From Tubiluchus corallicola (taxonomy: Eukaryota; Animalia; Priapulida): a DNA stretch of 64,000 bases. The position numbers were made by a program, and so were the translations under genes. Positions 36,752 to 54,414 of this stretch are shown here, piece after piece (the first letter of the stretch is position 1; every line of letters begins with the position of its first letter). The stretch covers positions 1-64,000 of the forward strand of contig JAQGDQ010000993.1 in the NCBI GenBank assembly GCA_030141605.1, written 5' to 3'. Below the pieces are notes generated by a model. The model was not told the origin of the DNA and ran no database searches. It was given only the letters and a program-made list of their open reading frames with translations.

Positions 36752-36760
36752 GAAATCAAA
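36726..36760 (+). promoter_or_regulatory. TATA box and Inr-like start for the EGF gene
   Basis: TATAAATA at 36726-36733, TCA with A at 36758 (32 nt downstream), then a purine-rich exon ending in a consensus donor at 36846. Confidence 0.65.
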
Positions 36761-36937
36761 ACGCAAGCAACTTTGAGAGAAGAAAGAATACAACAGAAGA
36801 CAGAGAAGTATACGGAGATCATCTCTTACCGGAAGTTGAGATAAGGTAAGCAATTAAATTCTGAACTTTTTGTACATAATCAGCTGTCAGTCTCACTGCC
36901 TTTTTGAGGTTTTGTTCGTTGACTTGTCGCTCGGGAT

Positions 36938-36981
<44 letters not shown>

Positions 36982-37585
36982 ATATTGTATATTATCTATT
37001 ATATATTATATTATATATTGTATATTATCTATTATATTTTATATATTATATATTATATATTATATTATATATACATATAATAATCTTTATTTGCCATTAA
37101 AATACATTGATAATCACTGATAAAAACTTTACTTTACTGAGATGATCAATCAGTGTTAGTTAATAAAAACTTACACTGCTAAAGGCAAATGCGTCGGTGC
37201 AATCTAAACTACTGTGCAGTAATGGAAAGTAGCGACGAAAAAATCAAACGTATTTACAACTATGCACAAAAAATGAAAAACTATGATTTAATTAACATGG
37301 CCATGGATATATGAATTCTGAATTAGTGTGTATGTTGTCGTACTGGTGTGATGGTATTTCATATCTGGTTAATATTAGTGATTTTAATTTTGTTTTAAAT
37401 GCTATATTATACGAAGTGCAAACAAATCACACAAACAGCACTTCATATCTTTGAATTGCAAGCCTACAGAACTCGCAATATTCGACAGCCATTTTGCTAC
37501 AAACGCATAGTTATCTAATTGAGTTGAAATTTCACACATGGTGAAATCTTAGATGTCTAAAAATTTTCAGATTTGAAAGTGAAAA

Positions 37586-38824
37586 ATGTTGAGCGGAATT
37601 TCGACATTGCTCCTCCTGCTGGTGGTTTCAGCAGCATCAGCAGCACCAGCAGCACCTGCAACTACAACAATCATAGAAAGACCCATTCCTCTTTGGTATC
37701 AGCTGGGAGTCCCTTTTCATCTCACTCAGTTTACGGGAGCTGATTATCGTCGAGGTCACTTTTACGATCCAACGAAGCCATTGAAAGTGGAGGCGGATTC
37801 CGGTCCAAAACAACCACCGTACATTGGAGGAAACTTTGGACTTGATCCACTTGGAAAGGTTTACAATCCATATAACTCACCTCCACTATCGTTTGGAGCA
37901 GGAAAAGGCGTCAGTCTTGCCGACTTTGCCGGTTTTGGACGCCCGGGCATTGGAGATTTATTTCAAGGTAAGACAACATATTTAAAAGCAAAGTACCAAA
38001 ATGCGTAGTACACAAATTACGTATAATATCATTATTTGGAGTAATTGATCCGTACTGTACCGTAGTAGCAGTAGTCAGCTCGTGTGCGTTGATGCAAAAA
38101 AGTTGTTTGAATTAAACAAGACTCAATGAACTGACGGAAACAAGTGATTTATCAATAAACGCAATGTTCTCGTAGACGCTAATAATTCGTCAAAAAACGT
38201 CAAAAAATAAATATGTAGCTTTTAGTTCAGAAAGTTGACCTGATTGGGCAAAACCAATGTAATTTTTGGATTAAGCACGTCAAAATTATCCTAACTCAGT
38301 TAAAAAACTTGAACAATAAATTTAGTGTTGACCAGTGTAATTGACAACAACCACTCACGCCAGTTACTGTATAACGTATTATACTTGTATTGTCCTCGTG
38401 TAGGTGGCAGCACACAGCAACCATCTGCTTAGTTTGATCAGATCACTCACACCAGTTACTGTATAACGTATTATACTTGTATTGTCCTCGTGTAGGTGGC
38501 AGCACATTGCAACCATCTGCTTTGAACAAAATTATAAGCAGCAAAGTTTTCTAAGTTGCCATATTTGTGATGCTTAGACGTGCGATGTCTTTTTTTGTTA
38601 CAGATTACAACTGCAAACTGCCGTGTCAAAATGGCGGATTCTGCAACGACTATGATCTAGTTCAAGTTTGCGTCTGTCCGCTCAACTTTGGTGGAATTCT
38701 TTGCGAGATCAACAAAGATGTCGGCTACGGTGTCGAGTCTGCAGTGGGTCCTCTGAGGGTGGTTGCAGAAGCAGCGGTTGGAGGCGGTTGGAGGAGAGGA
38801 CGTAGAAGTGGAAGGAGGGGTTAA
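37586..38824 (+). CDS. Secreted single-EGF protein, 200 aa (right copy, with native promoter)
   Basis: Exons 37586-37967 and 38604-38824 (603 nt). Probable 5' UTR exon ~36758-36845 with AG|GTAAG donor and acceptor at 37570. AATAAA at 39123. Confidence 0.88.
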
Positions 38825-39106
38825 TCGAAGTCATCAAGTTTTGCAAATAGAGACAAAGCAAATCGTACCTGTTTAGTAACTTGTCGTACCATTGTAGTTG
38901 TTTGCTATGACGTCATTAGGCCTGCCATTAAATCAGCTGACAGTTCTGCAGTGTTTTTTTGCGTATGTATCATAGAATTGTTTAGAATTTGATAGTAAAT
39001 GATAGGGTAGGTAGCTGATAAAGTGAAAGTCTTGATTGATTGAGTGCCGTACAAGAAGAGGAAAGCAGGAAAGTGAAGTTCCCGGATCTAGGAAAGGTTA
39101 CTCAAT

Positions 39107-39162
39107 GTCGTCAAGTTTTGTGAATAAAAATTTCCATCGCTTTATTTACAAAACTTGATGAC
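39107..39162 (+). other. 22-bp RNA stem-loop overlapping the poly(A) signal in the EGF-gene 3' UTR (mirror 32861-32916)
   Basis: gtcgtcaagttttgtgaataaa pairs with tttatttacaaaacttgatgac with only two G-U wobbles; 12-nt loop. Confidence 0.7.
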
Positions 39163-40363
39163 TTTGATAATCATCGTCATCATCGTCAATCATTGTGCTT
39201 GTTGTCCGTCACCATCGTCATTATCATCACCATCATCATCATCACCGTCATCATCGTCAATCACTGTCATTGTTGTCCGTCACAAATGTCATTATCTTCA
39301 CCATCATCATCATCATCATCAGCGTCATCATCATCAGAGTCATCGTCAGGGCCATTCTGAAAGTAGGCAGCTAACTGATAATATAGTAATGATGTAATAT
39401 CTACGAAAAATGTACATCTACAGGGTATGCGTATAACACGTTTAAGTTATATACGCTAGTATTTAAGTTATATTAATATAACAGTATTTAAAATTAATAA
39501 GTTAAGAGTGTATTAAATTATGTGTGTTAATGTGTTAAATTATGTGTGTTAATGTGTTAAATCATGTGTGTTAATGTGTTAAATTATGTGTGTTAATGTG
39601 TTAAATTACGTGTGTTAATGTGTTAAATTATGTGTGTTAATGTGTTAAATCATGTGTGTTAATGTGTTAAATTATGTGCGTTAATGTGTTAAATTACTTG
39701 TGTTAATGTGTTAAATTATGTGTGTTAATGTGTTAAATTATGTGTGTTAATGTGTTAAATTATGTGTGTTAATAACTGTGGCAAAATATCAAGAATGTCG
39801 CAGCGATACAGGTGGTCGGAAATACAGGGTTTTTTATAAAAGAAATGGATCAATTATTGTAGTTGCATTATCTCAAAGACCTAAACCAAGTTTTGAGTTT
39901 TAGGATTATATAATTCCTAAATTTTTCATATAAAGAGTAAGAGATTATAAGAAATAGAGGACTAGAATAGCTGTAAAAATGAGCATTGACTCGTGTAATG
40001 TGCAGGTTTTACAATGCAGTCCAACTGACTGTATAAGTAGATGTCACTATTAGTACTAACGTAGGAAAATGTGATAGATTGTTGACTTACAGGGATTTTA
40101 TACCTTGTTTATCTATGGAACATTTATATGTAGTAAAATGTAAAACTGTGGACCTGACAAAACTGAAATCGATTGATAAATGTGCTCACTCATTTAATGT
40201 TTATTTATTATTTATTTTTATATTTTATAAAGATTTATAATGATGTGTGACGTTGAAACTTACGTGTAAGAAATAAAACTAAAAATAAAATAACATTATT
40301 GTAATGTTTTGAATATAAATTGTGCCTCTTCAAAAATTAGTTCTACATATGATCGTCTCTCTT

Positions 40364-40471
<108 letters not shown>

Positions 40472-40498
40472 CCTCTCTCTCTCTCTCTCTCTCTCTCT

Positions 40499-40567
<69 letters not shown>

Positions 40568-41124
40568 CGCTCTCTTTCTTTCTCTTAATTTTTCCTCTCT
40601 TCTCCCGGGCTTAACACTCGCATTGTCTACAGTTTTTGCGAAGATAAATACATTCCGACGTCATTTATGATTGATGTCACTAAAATTCGTGAGAAGACTA
40701 ACACACATACGAGCAGAATATACAAATATAGTACAATCATTTAATAACAATCTTCACTGGTGATACTTAGGCCTACCTAATACTTTAATTTTTATACACA
40801 TTTTTCTTTTCTGTTAATGTCTTACACAGTGAATAAGTATGTCATATCCACAATGTAATAAAGAGAAAAGAACATGTATAAAAAATATAAATGTTTTTGT
40901 CAGCATCCCTGGGAAAAGTTGTTTTCAATTATGACAGATTTGCAATTTTCTATATGTTATATAGGCTTATATGTATATATATATGACCTAGGTGTAACTA
41001 TTGCTATCAGAAGGTAAATGTATCAATAACCCGTTTCACACTGCGCATGTGTTTATCGTAAGTTCTGTATACATTAGACAAAAAGACCAGCTAGGCTTAT
41101 TTCACGAAAGCAAAATCAATAGCT

Positions 41125-45728
<4,604 letters not shown>

Positions 45729-48140
45729 AATTTTTTAAAGGTTTTTGTCACAATTTCGTGAAGATGTGAGTTACAGTTAGCAGCCATGTTGGCACAACAC
45801 ACATTAGTAAGTTTTAAGCATTTTGAATAAATAATATTGCACAAACATTATGACATTGTAAGCTACCACTTCATGGAAGATCTTGCCACCACACATAACT
45901 GAACCCTTCTGTCTATATTATAGTGTGTTTCAACAGTTGTGGATCCTCCCTCCAAGCAGGGTGCACAGCAACAGATTAATTTGGGTTTAAGCCTCTGAGT
46001 TATTCTTGTGACATGTTCAAACAAGAAAAACACGAACTTTAAGTCTTCGTATATACCAAGCATAAAATAGAATAAACTTATTCTATAAGAATCTTATTTT
46101 GCAGAAATAGTATCAGTATGTTAGGGAGAAAAACAGCCGACGATAAGATTTCTGTGAGAGAAACTAATAGATTTGATGAATTAATTTTGACGAAGCATTT
46201 CAAAAGTAGCAATTCAAAATTAATTAATACTTAGATTAGAACTGTTTAAATAGGTTTAGCGCCTAAAATTATGCGAATAAAAAGCAGACGAAAATTTAGA
46301 AGTTGGTTAACGATCTGAGATTAATTCTATTTTCAAGCTTTAAGACATTCTAGTTTCAAAATTCGCAAGTGAAAATACAAAAATTAGATGTGAAATGTGC
46401 TGTTTTTTGTTTTAGATGAATATGTTGGTGCTCAAGCCTGTTTAGTTTGAAAGTTGTACATACGACGCTCAGATTTTCATACATTTCTGGCAGAATATGG
46501 AAACTTCTTTCTTCCAGATTTATTTTCGTTTTATGGAATTTTTATCTTTCTAATAGAATATAAATGTTTCTGTCTGTTAAGCTGTTCTTGCTTTATTATA
46601 TTTTTGCATTTCTGTTTTGTTATTTTGTATTGTGTATAGTATGTATGCGTCTTAGTTGAATAAGTGTTTTGTTTATTTGTTATTTTGCATGTTGCGTATG
46701 TTGTGTTGTGTACATTGCAATCAACTTGCACAATTTCTGGTATGAAAACATGTTGAAAATAACTGTAGTAAAGTAGTAACTGAAATGGATACAAAACACC
46801 AGTTTAACATGTTGACCAAAAGTTTCTTTATTCTGAAATACAATTATTAACATTTAGTTTAATTTGCATTGAGTAGAAGAAATTAGTTGCATAATTAAAT
46901 GTGTTGCTATAGCTAAGAACTGATATAAAATTTATAAAGACTACATTATATTGAAATTAATTAATAATAACTTACGTAGTTAATTATAACTTCAACAATA
47001 ACTGACGTTGTTAGAGCCTTTAACAATTACAAAGACAGGAATGAGAACTCCAAGTACCCTTAAGAACAAAAATGTCACAAAAATAAATTCGTAAGAAATT
47101 CACAGTCATAATGCGTAAGAAAAATAGAGCAATGGCGGAGAGAACCAAAAGACAGGTAAAATGTCATACAACTACTACAGCTATAGCTCACGAAAGACCA
47201 AAATGCTAATGTATTGAAGGATATTGGGTGCTTCAATTTTAAAAGAGTAACTACTGTAAAAAGTAAAAAGCCTACTAAATAAACAAGCAGGTGGCAGCAC
47301 CGTGGCAGTAATTGAAAACTAAATTAAAACCAAAAAAGGGCTTATGCACCCACTACAGTAAGATTGGTTTTGAGTTTTGTATTGGGAAGTTAAGTCAGAT
47401 AAATAGACCTCTGCTTGAATGCTAAATAACAAAGAAATTAATGAGGCCTACGAAGAATTGTCAAATCAAACTGCAAACAATAGCAGCACAACAACAATAG
47501 CAATAGTGGCAACAACAGTACAGCAACAGAAACAACAATTGAGCAACCTACATACAATAATAGTAAAATATTGTCGTAAGATACTACTCGTGATTTGTTT
47601 ACATTGCTTTAGTCAACAAACAGTAATTACACGTCGACGGGTAGCTATTACACACTACAACACACACACACATTCAATTCTCCAGCGGAAGTCCGGTCAG
47701 AAACCGTTTCCGTTCGCTCTTGTCGAAGTCTGTTCAAAAACGACCTACTATGTCTTGCTTCTTCCTTCTTCCAAGAAACGAAATTGACATTTAATAGTTA
47801 CATTTATTGAAAATAAAGTTCAGCGCTTTAATTTTTGGGCAAGCGTATGTTTTTCTCTGTAAAATTATCATGATTAGTATGGTCAAAATGTTATTCAGTG
47901 GTAAATAAAGTGATTATTGTGAAGTTTGAACAGGAGAGGAAGTCACTGATAATTCTGCGCATCAGGTACTAATTATAGCGGAAGTACGAGGTTGTACTTC
48001 TAAAACTGTTTTAAACGATTTGAAACTGTAACATGTGTGCTTCAGTATTTTCACGCTGTCCTGATGTGGTTATTTTATCAAAATACGTTTTCTGCGTCTT
48101 TCTAAAGAGGTTATGTCACACCACATAAATTTTTTTGACT

Positions 48141-49121
48141 CTAGGAAAAGTTACTTAACATAGTATCGACTGTGGCGCCAGTATTTCTGCAGCGGATGAC
48201 TTTGCGATATGCCCTACGAAAATTTCTATCTCTCATACCGTATATGACCGGATTAAAGAACGAGTTACAGTAGACGAAAGTGCACACTATCATCACGTCT
48301 GGATGAGTTGCTGCAGTTGGATTTAACAAAGAGTTTAAAACATCTGTAAGCACAACCACAACGGCTGGAAGCCAGCACGAGAGAAACGCGACTAGCACGA
48401 TTAGAGTAGTGACAAATGGTTTCATTTCTCTTTTAAAGCGCTCCTGTTGAAGGGCAGGTTCGGCAGAGTTTGTTCCAGTTTGCAACCTAATTTGTTTAGA
48501 GTGATAGCGAGCTATGTTCATTATACGAATGTAGAAGTACGCAATCACTGGAGTCGGTAGGAAAAATGTAGCAGTCAACCAAAGCAGTAGGTGACTTGGT
48601 GACAGTACTGTCAGTAGAAAGCAAGACGCTATGCCATGATACTCGTTTGACCATCCAAAATACGGTAATGATACTAACGTCAGAGAGGCTAACCACGACG
48701 CAAATACCAGTAAAATTATACGCATATTAGTCATGATATTATCACTGTTAAGTGGATAAACAATTTTTGTGTACTGACTTGCGGATATGAGCAAAATGCT
48801 GTACATTGAAAGAGAAGACCAGCATGCTGTAGTTGTAAATGTAGTAAGACACGCATGTTTGGATATCATCAGTTCCGGTATAAAAACTGTTAGCGCCATG
48901 TACAGCATAGATATTCCTGTCAGTAAGTCTGCAACTGCCAAGTTTCCAACAAACACGTAGGCTGCACTATGGAAACGTTTTTCCATCGCCAACGTAATCA
49001 GAACAAGTGTGTTACTGAACACTATAACAAAGGATATTGCAATCGTGGAAATCAAAAGAAAAAACGTATAGTCAAACAAAGCAGACGATGTGTCAGACGT
49101 AGTTACATTAGTAACGTTCAT
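48141..49121 (-). CDS. Right-arm copy of the class A GPCR
   Basis: Identical translation, mirrored. Confidence 0.93.
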   Translation of the reverse strand: MNVTNVTTSDTSSALFDYTFFLLISTIAISFVIVFSNTLVLITLAMEKRFHSAAYVFVGNLAVADLLTGISMLYMALTVFIPELMISKHACLTTFTTTACWSSLSMYSILLISASQYTKIVYPLNSDNIMTNMRIILLVFASWLASLTLVSLPYFGWSNEYHGIASCFLLTVLSPSHLLLWLTATFFLPTPVIAYFYIRIMNIARYHSKQIRLQTGTNSAEPALQQERFKREMKPFVTTLIVLVAFLSCWLPAVVVVLTDVLNSLLNPTAATHPDVMIVCTFVYCNSFFNPVIYGMRDRNFRRAYRKVIRCRNTGATVDTMLSNFS

Positions 49122-50094
49122 TTTATGAAAAAATAATGGCTGCCACTGTAAAAACAATAAAAATATGTTTTTCCCCAACAATGTAACCAAATGAAAACAC
49201 CTATTCCTGTTTGTAAACAACATAAGAAAAGATGTCACAATAAAGATGCAAGTTTTGAAAAGCATATGTTTAGTAAACAAGGCACGATTTTCCAAGTGGT
49301 TATGTTAGTTACATTGCTTTTGAGAAATCGTTCAGAATATTATCTCCTGAAAACCCAGAATTAAGCCTGCTTTGCTCAACAACAGACTGTTACGCTAACT
49401 GAGTCTATTAGTTCTTATATAGTGGAAAACGTAAGTCGTGTAGGTCTTCTTTCGGCGTTTTGTTACATGTCGCAATTAAAACAGAAACCTTATACATTGA
49501 TAAATTTCAAGAAAACAATTTTCTGGATTGAAATCCTGTCCAATTCCGAAATTTGCTTGAGCTAGGATTACGGAAGAGATTAGAAAAGAGAATATATGTG
49601 CGCGCAAATACATGTAGCACGAAAGAAATATTATAGCCTTGTCGTCCGTTTATACAAAAGGCAGGAAACCGCGGGGTTTTCCCCTCTTAATTGCTCTACG
49701 ATTTTACAGGTGCCGTTGTTCATACACAATGCGGGACAAATAATCGCCCGCGCCGTTTCCAGCACTCATTGCTCTCTGAGCGATTTTTTTTACAAAAACC
49801 GCGCGTTTTTCCCACTAGATTGCAATCGGAAGTGGGCTTTGTTAATACGTAATCGGCAAGGCAGTTAGCTGAAAAAAGAAATCTCTACTGGTCTATACGT
49901 GCTTATAAACTGCACATTGCACAATGGCTGATAAAAACTGAAACAATAATATTGTAAGTGGAAGAGAATACAATGTTATATGATAAACGCCTAACTGAGT
50001 ACAAAGATAGTACAAGAAACAACTTTTACAAAAGAACTTTTCTGATTATTTGCATGAGATTCTCTCTGTCTGTCTTCCTCCTGTTTGTGTGCTC

Positions 50095-50191
<97 letters not shown>

Positions 50192-50494
50192 TTCTTCCAA
50201 CTCACACTTTTCATCATACAATGGTCATTTTTTGCAATAATTCCTACACTGATGTATGTGTCTTCTACCATAATTTTTCACGATCTCGTCTATGTAAATA
50301 CAGTGTCAACATTTCATTCACAACGAACGACGTCATTTCTGAAAGTGGTGTAGAAGCTACCAAAAGCCGCTTCATATTCGAAGCGAGAAAGGAATTTTCC
50401 TTCGCGAGAAACCGCCCTATGTATAAACGGGGCGTTACCGATTTTACGTAATTATAAAGAAATGCAGAGAGAAAGTGTGAAACAGAGCGAGGAA

Positions 50495-50761
<267 letters not shown>

Positions 50762-52707
50762 GGGGGAGGGAGAAAGAGAGTCTGCCCTTTCTATTGTCAT
50801 TCTTGTACATTGAAGTGAAAATTTTCCAGCAAGTGGTCGAACATACTTGGTGTTATCTGAATAAAATGTCCTACTTCTGCTTTCAGTTCTCTAATATATT
50901 CTGATAACAACGTTTTCTTTCATTTGTTTGCTGCAACCACTTTTTACCCAAAAAATTCTTTTTCCTCTGATTTCGTTTTCCTTTTCAGATGCAAATGATA
51001 TAGACGAAGCTCGTTGTCTTGTGTTTTGTGTTTTGTTAGAATTTGGAAGGACCGTGTGGACAGAGTTCAGTGTTTGAATGTGATTCTTTTGAATGTAAGT
51101 GTTTTGAACGACCATGTAGACAGAGTTCAGTGATTGAATGTGATTCTTTTGAATGTTAGTGTTTTAAAGGACCATGTGGACAGAGTTCAGTGTTTGAATC
51201 TTAGTAAGAATCACTCTATCGTAAACAATCTAACATTGGAAATGTCTACCTTGTTGGTCAGTTGTGAAGAACGAAATTATTTCTACTGTTATAACCGCTG
51301 GAGAGTACGTAGTCTAGCGCACATCTTGTAAAGCGTGTCTTGTAAACAGAAGGTCCCTTGTTCAAATCCTGGTTCTGTTACAACTTTTTCACAGTTCTTG
51401 TTTTTCAAGTTTAGTTTTAAATTTAATTAATAGTGTATGTAATCAAGATGCAGATACCTTTTTATTTATATAAGAAGAAAATTGTTTGATGCTTGATGGG
51501 ATTATGCAATATACAGTACATATGTAATTCTTGTATCGTCTTTATCTGAATCTCCTAAAACAGGATTAACTAAAACATTATCTTTTTACCCTTGAAGGAG
51601 AAGAAAAGGGATACCTGAAATAAGTTTCAGAAAAATTGCCTTAAAAATTACACTACTTCATAGCAATTTTATGCACCTATGGTATTCGTGTTGAAAGTAA
51701 TTTTCGTTTGATTGCATTTTAAATTTCGCGCAATATTGTTCCGACGGCACCATTACATGACGTCACTAAAACAGGTAAATCAGGGGAAGAAAAGGAAATG
51801 TTAAATTATGTCCCAAAAAACTTTCCATGCAAATCCGTATTACTTAGCATTTCGCTTATCTGCGGGAAAGACTTATGTAACTAGAAAAAAATTATTAATC
51901 ATGTAAAATATTTTCAGCAATTGGTACCATGTCGCTGACTCACCCTCCGGGGTGCACCACTCACTAACCAAAAACTTAGTTTTTAATCTTAATGACAAGA
52001 TACAGTAATTTTAAATTTTATTCCGTTAGTGACTTGTGCCCTACGAATGCTCTGATTATTTTTTTAAACTTTACAAGATGTTATCTAAATTGGTTTCAAA
52101 TAACTTATCGTCAAAATGGCTGCGTAAAACAGTCATCGCGGGAGTTTCAATTTACAAGTTTTATACAGCATGACAGCAGACGCAAGTCTAATATGTACAA
52201 TGGTAGTATGCAAGTGATATAAAATATGAAGCTTGATATAAGTTGAGGGTTTTCTTGGGCTTTAAAGCAATTTGAAAAACTGCCAGTACAGGTGTTCATT
52301 GATTTAATGTTGATTTGCAATTCGCTTAAAAGCACCAGATATCTTTATTATATCTAATTTATTTCGAACATTAAACCACAAGTGAACAAGTTAAAAAAAT
52401 AAATATTTAAAAAACGCATAATACTTACGAAAACATTAAATTGCTTGAACATTAAAGTATTACATTGCTGGCGTATACAACAGGTATAGGCATGTCACTG
52501 AATTAACATTACTGTATTTAATTACAAAGGAAAAAAGAATTTGTAAAATAAAACAGTAAACGATAAAATTGTTTTGTACGGTAAACGTTTCTAAAACAAT
52601 ATGTTTTCTAAAAAATAAAACAACGAATAATAAAAGTGTTTTTTTGGTAATACAACAAAAAGTAAAAGGTTCTCTAAAAATAAAATGCATTTACTGAATG
52701 CATTTAC

Positions 52708-54414
52708 CAAGAATTGGGCAAGCTAAATCTGCCAAATCGAATCCAAAAAAACGTTTAGGTTCACCGCATGTCATGCTTATGTTCCATTTAGGTTCCCATT
52801 TTAAGTGTTCCTCTATAGCCCAGCTAAGCTTCTTGTCACATTTCAGATGGTAACCTGAAAATGAAATCCTTGTTAGCAAATGAGTACTGAGTAATTTAAA
52901 TGAGTCATGAACAACGCGAAGAGTTTTGAAAGCTTTACAGACCGGTGTTTTATAAAAAATAGCAGAATTTGGTTAAATTTTTTAAGTTTTGCTTCGTCGC
53001 ATTCTGCTGACTGTTACTCACTGTGTTTATTAGCTGGAGCAACTTTACCATGTATTTCATGCGATGGTTCACCTTCTGAATTAAGCTGGTTCGCTAATGA
53101 TCACGTACGACTGCTAACATACTTGAAAAGACATCAATGTCGTCATCTTGAATTTAAGATGGCAAATGGAAAATCGATGCAGAATTTGTTCTAGTATATC
53201 TCAGTAAAGCTTCATGACAACCGACTACGAGTTGGCGGAGCCTTAGATTTTTTTCAAAAATGGTGTTACGTCGCCATCTTGAATTCGAAGCATTGGACCG
53301 AAAATCAAAATCCCGAACTCAGCAAAGTTTTGTGATGATCCACTGCGATTTGGCAGAGCCTTGAGCTCTTTTCAAAAATGATGTTACTGCTGCCATTTCA
53401 ATCTCAAAATGGTAGATCGAAAATACGATTACGCCAATCGAATGTGGAGCTTATTCTAAAATATGTTCCTATAAACTTTCATGGCGATCTCAATGGACTA
53501 GAACGTGGCGGATGCTAAGGGGATTGCTCACGCAACCACATAACTGTTTGGAGCTCAGAATAGGAATATGTTTTTACGACATCTCTCACAAATTTTGGCT
53601 ATACCTAACTCTGGTCTAGTATTCCTTACTCCAAACCTCTAAAAACTGTCTACCAACTTGACGACAGGTTTCCTTCTCTTACAATTTTACAAAATGTAGT
53701 GATTCACCATAGACACTTTATCATTTTGATTTGCGAAAGATGAGACTTACCTTTTACTATTACAGTAACATTAGAGGAGGGTACACTCTCGTGTAGCTGA
53801 GGTTTGTTTATCCTCTTCACCCCTTCTGCGTACAAAAGCTCGAAATTTAAACTCTGAGTCAAATCCAATGCAGGAATCTTCAGTTTTGGGTGGGTAAATC
53901 GAATCTTCAGCGTTCTCAGACCATCTACCTTAGCAAAAGCCTTTGGGTGTATCTGTACAAGATTATGGTTAAACGAGAAGTTCAGTTCTTCAATAGTACC
54001 CTCAAGACAATGCTGATACAACTTAGTGAATTTGCTTTGTATTATATTTAATGATTTCACTGACTTGCCTGGAAATTTCATGTAGAAAACATCTCCTTCT
54101 CCAGTCAGACCACCATCCCAGTCTAAACGTTCAATGTAAACGTGGCTTATAGGTTGAGGAAGTTTATCAGCTATATTTTGAAGGTCCCCAGACGTCAAGC
54201 AATGGTCTTCAAGCAATGGTATTCCAATGGAGCACAGATATTCACGGTTCGGCCTGCAGAATATAGTACAATTGTCTTCATTGTAATAATTCGTGACGTG
54301 AAAGCATTGAGGACATTCAATCTTCTCACAGAAGTCTGAAAACCCTGGCTGGATGTACGTCGCAACAATAACAAATATGGCAGATAAGCCTAAAGAAACT
54401 TTACATGCCTCCAT
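52708..54414 (-). CDS. Right-arm copy of the LRR/LRRCT protein
   Basis: Exons 54414-53751 and 52854-52708; identical translations in the ORF track. Confidence 0.78.
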
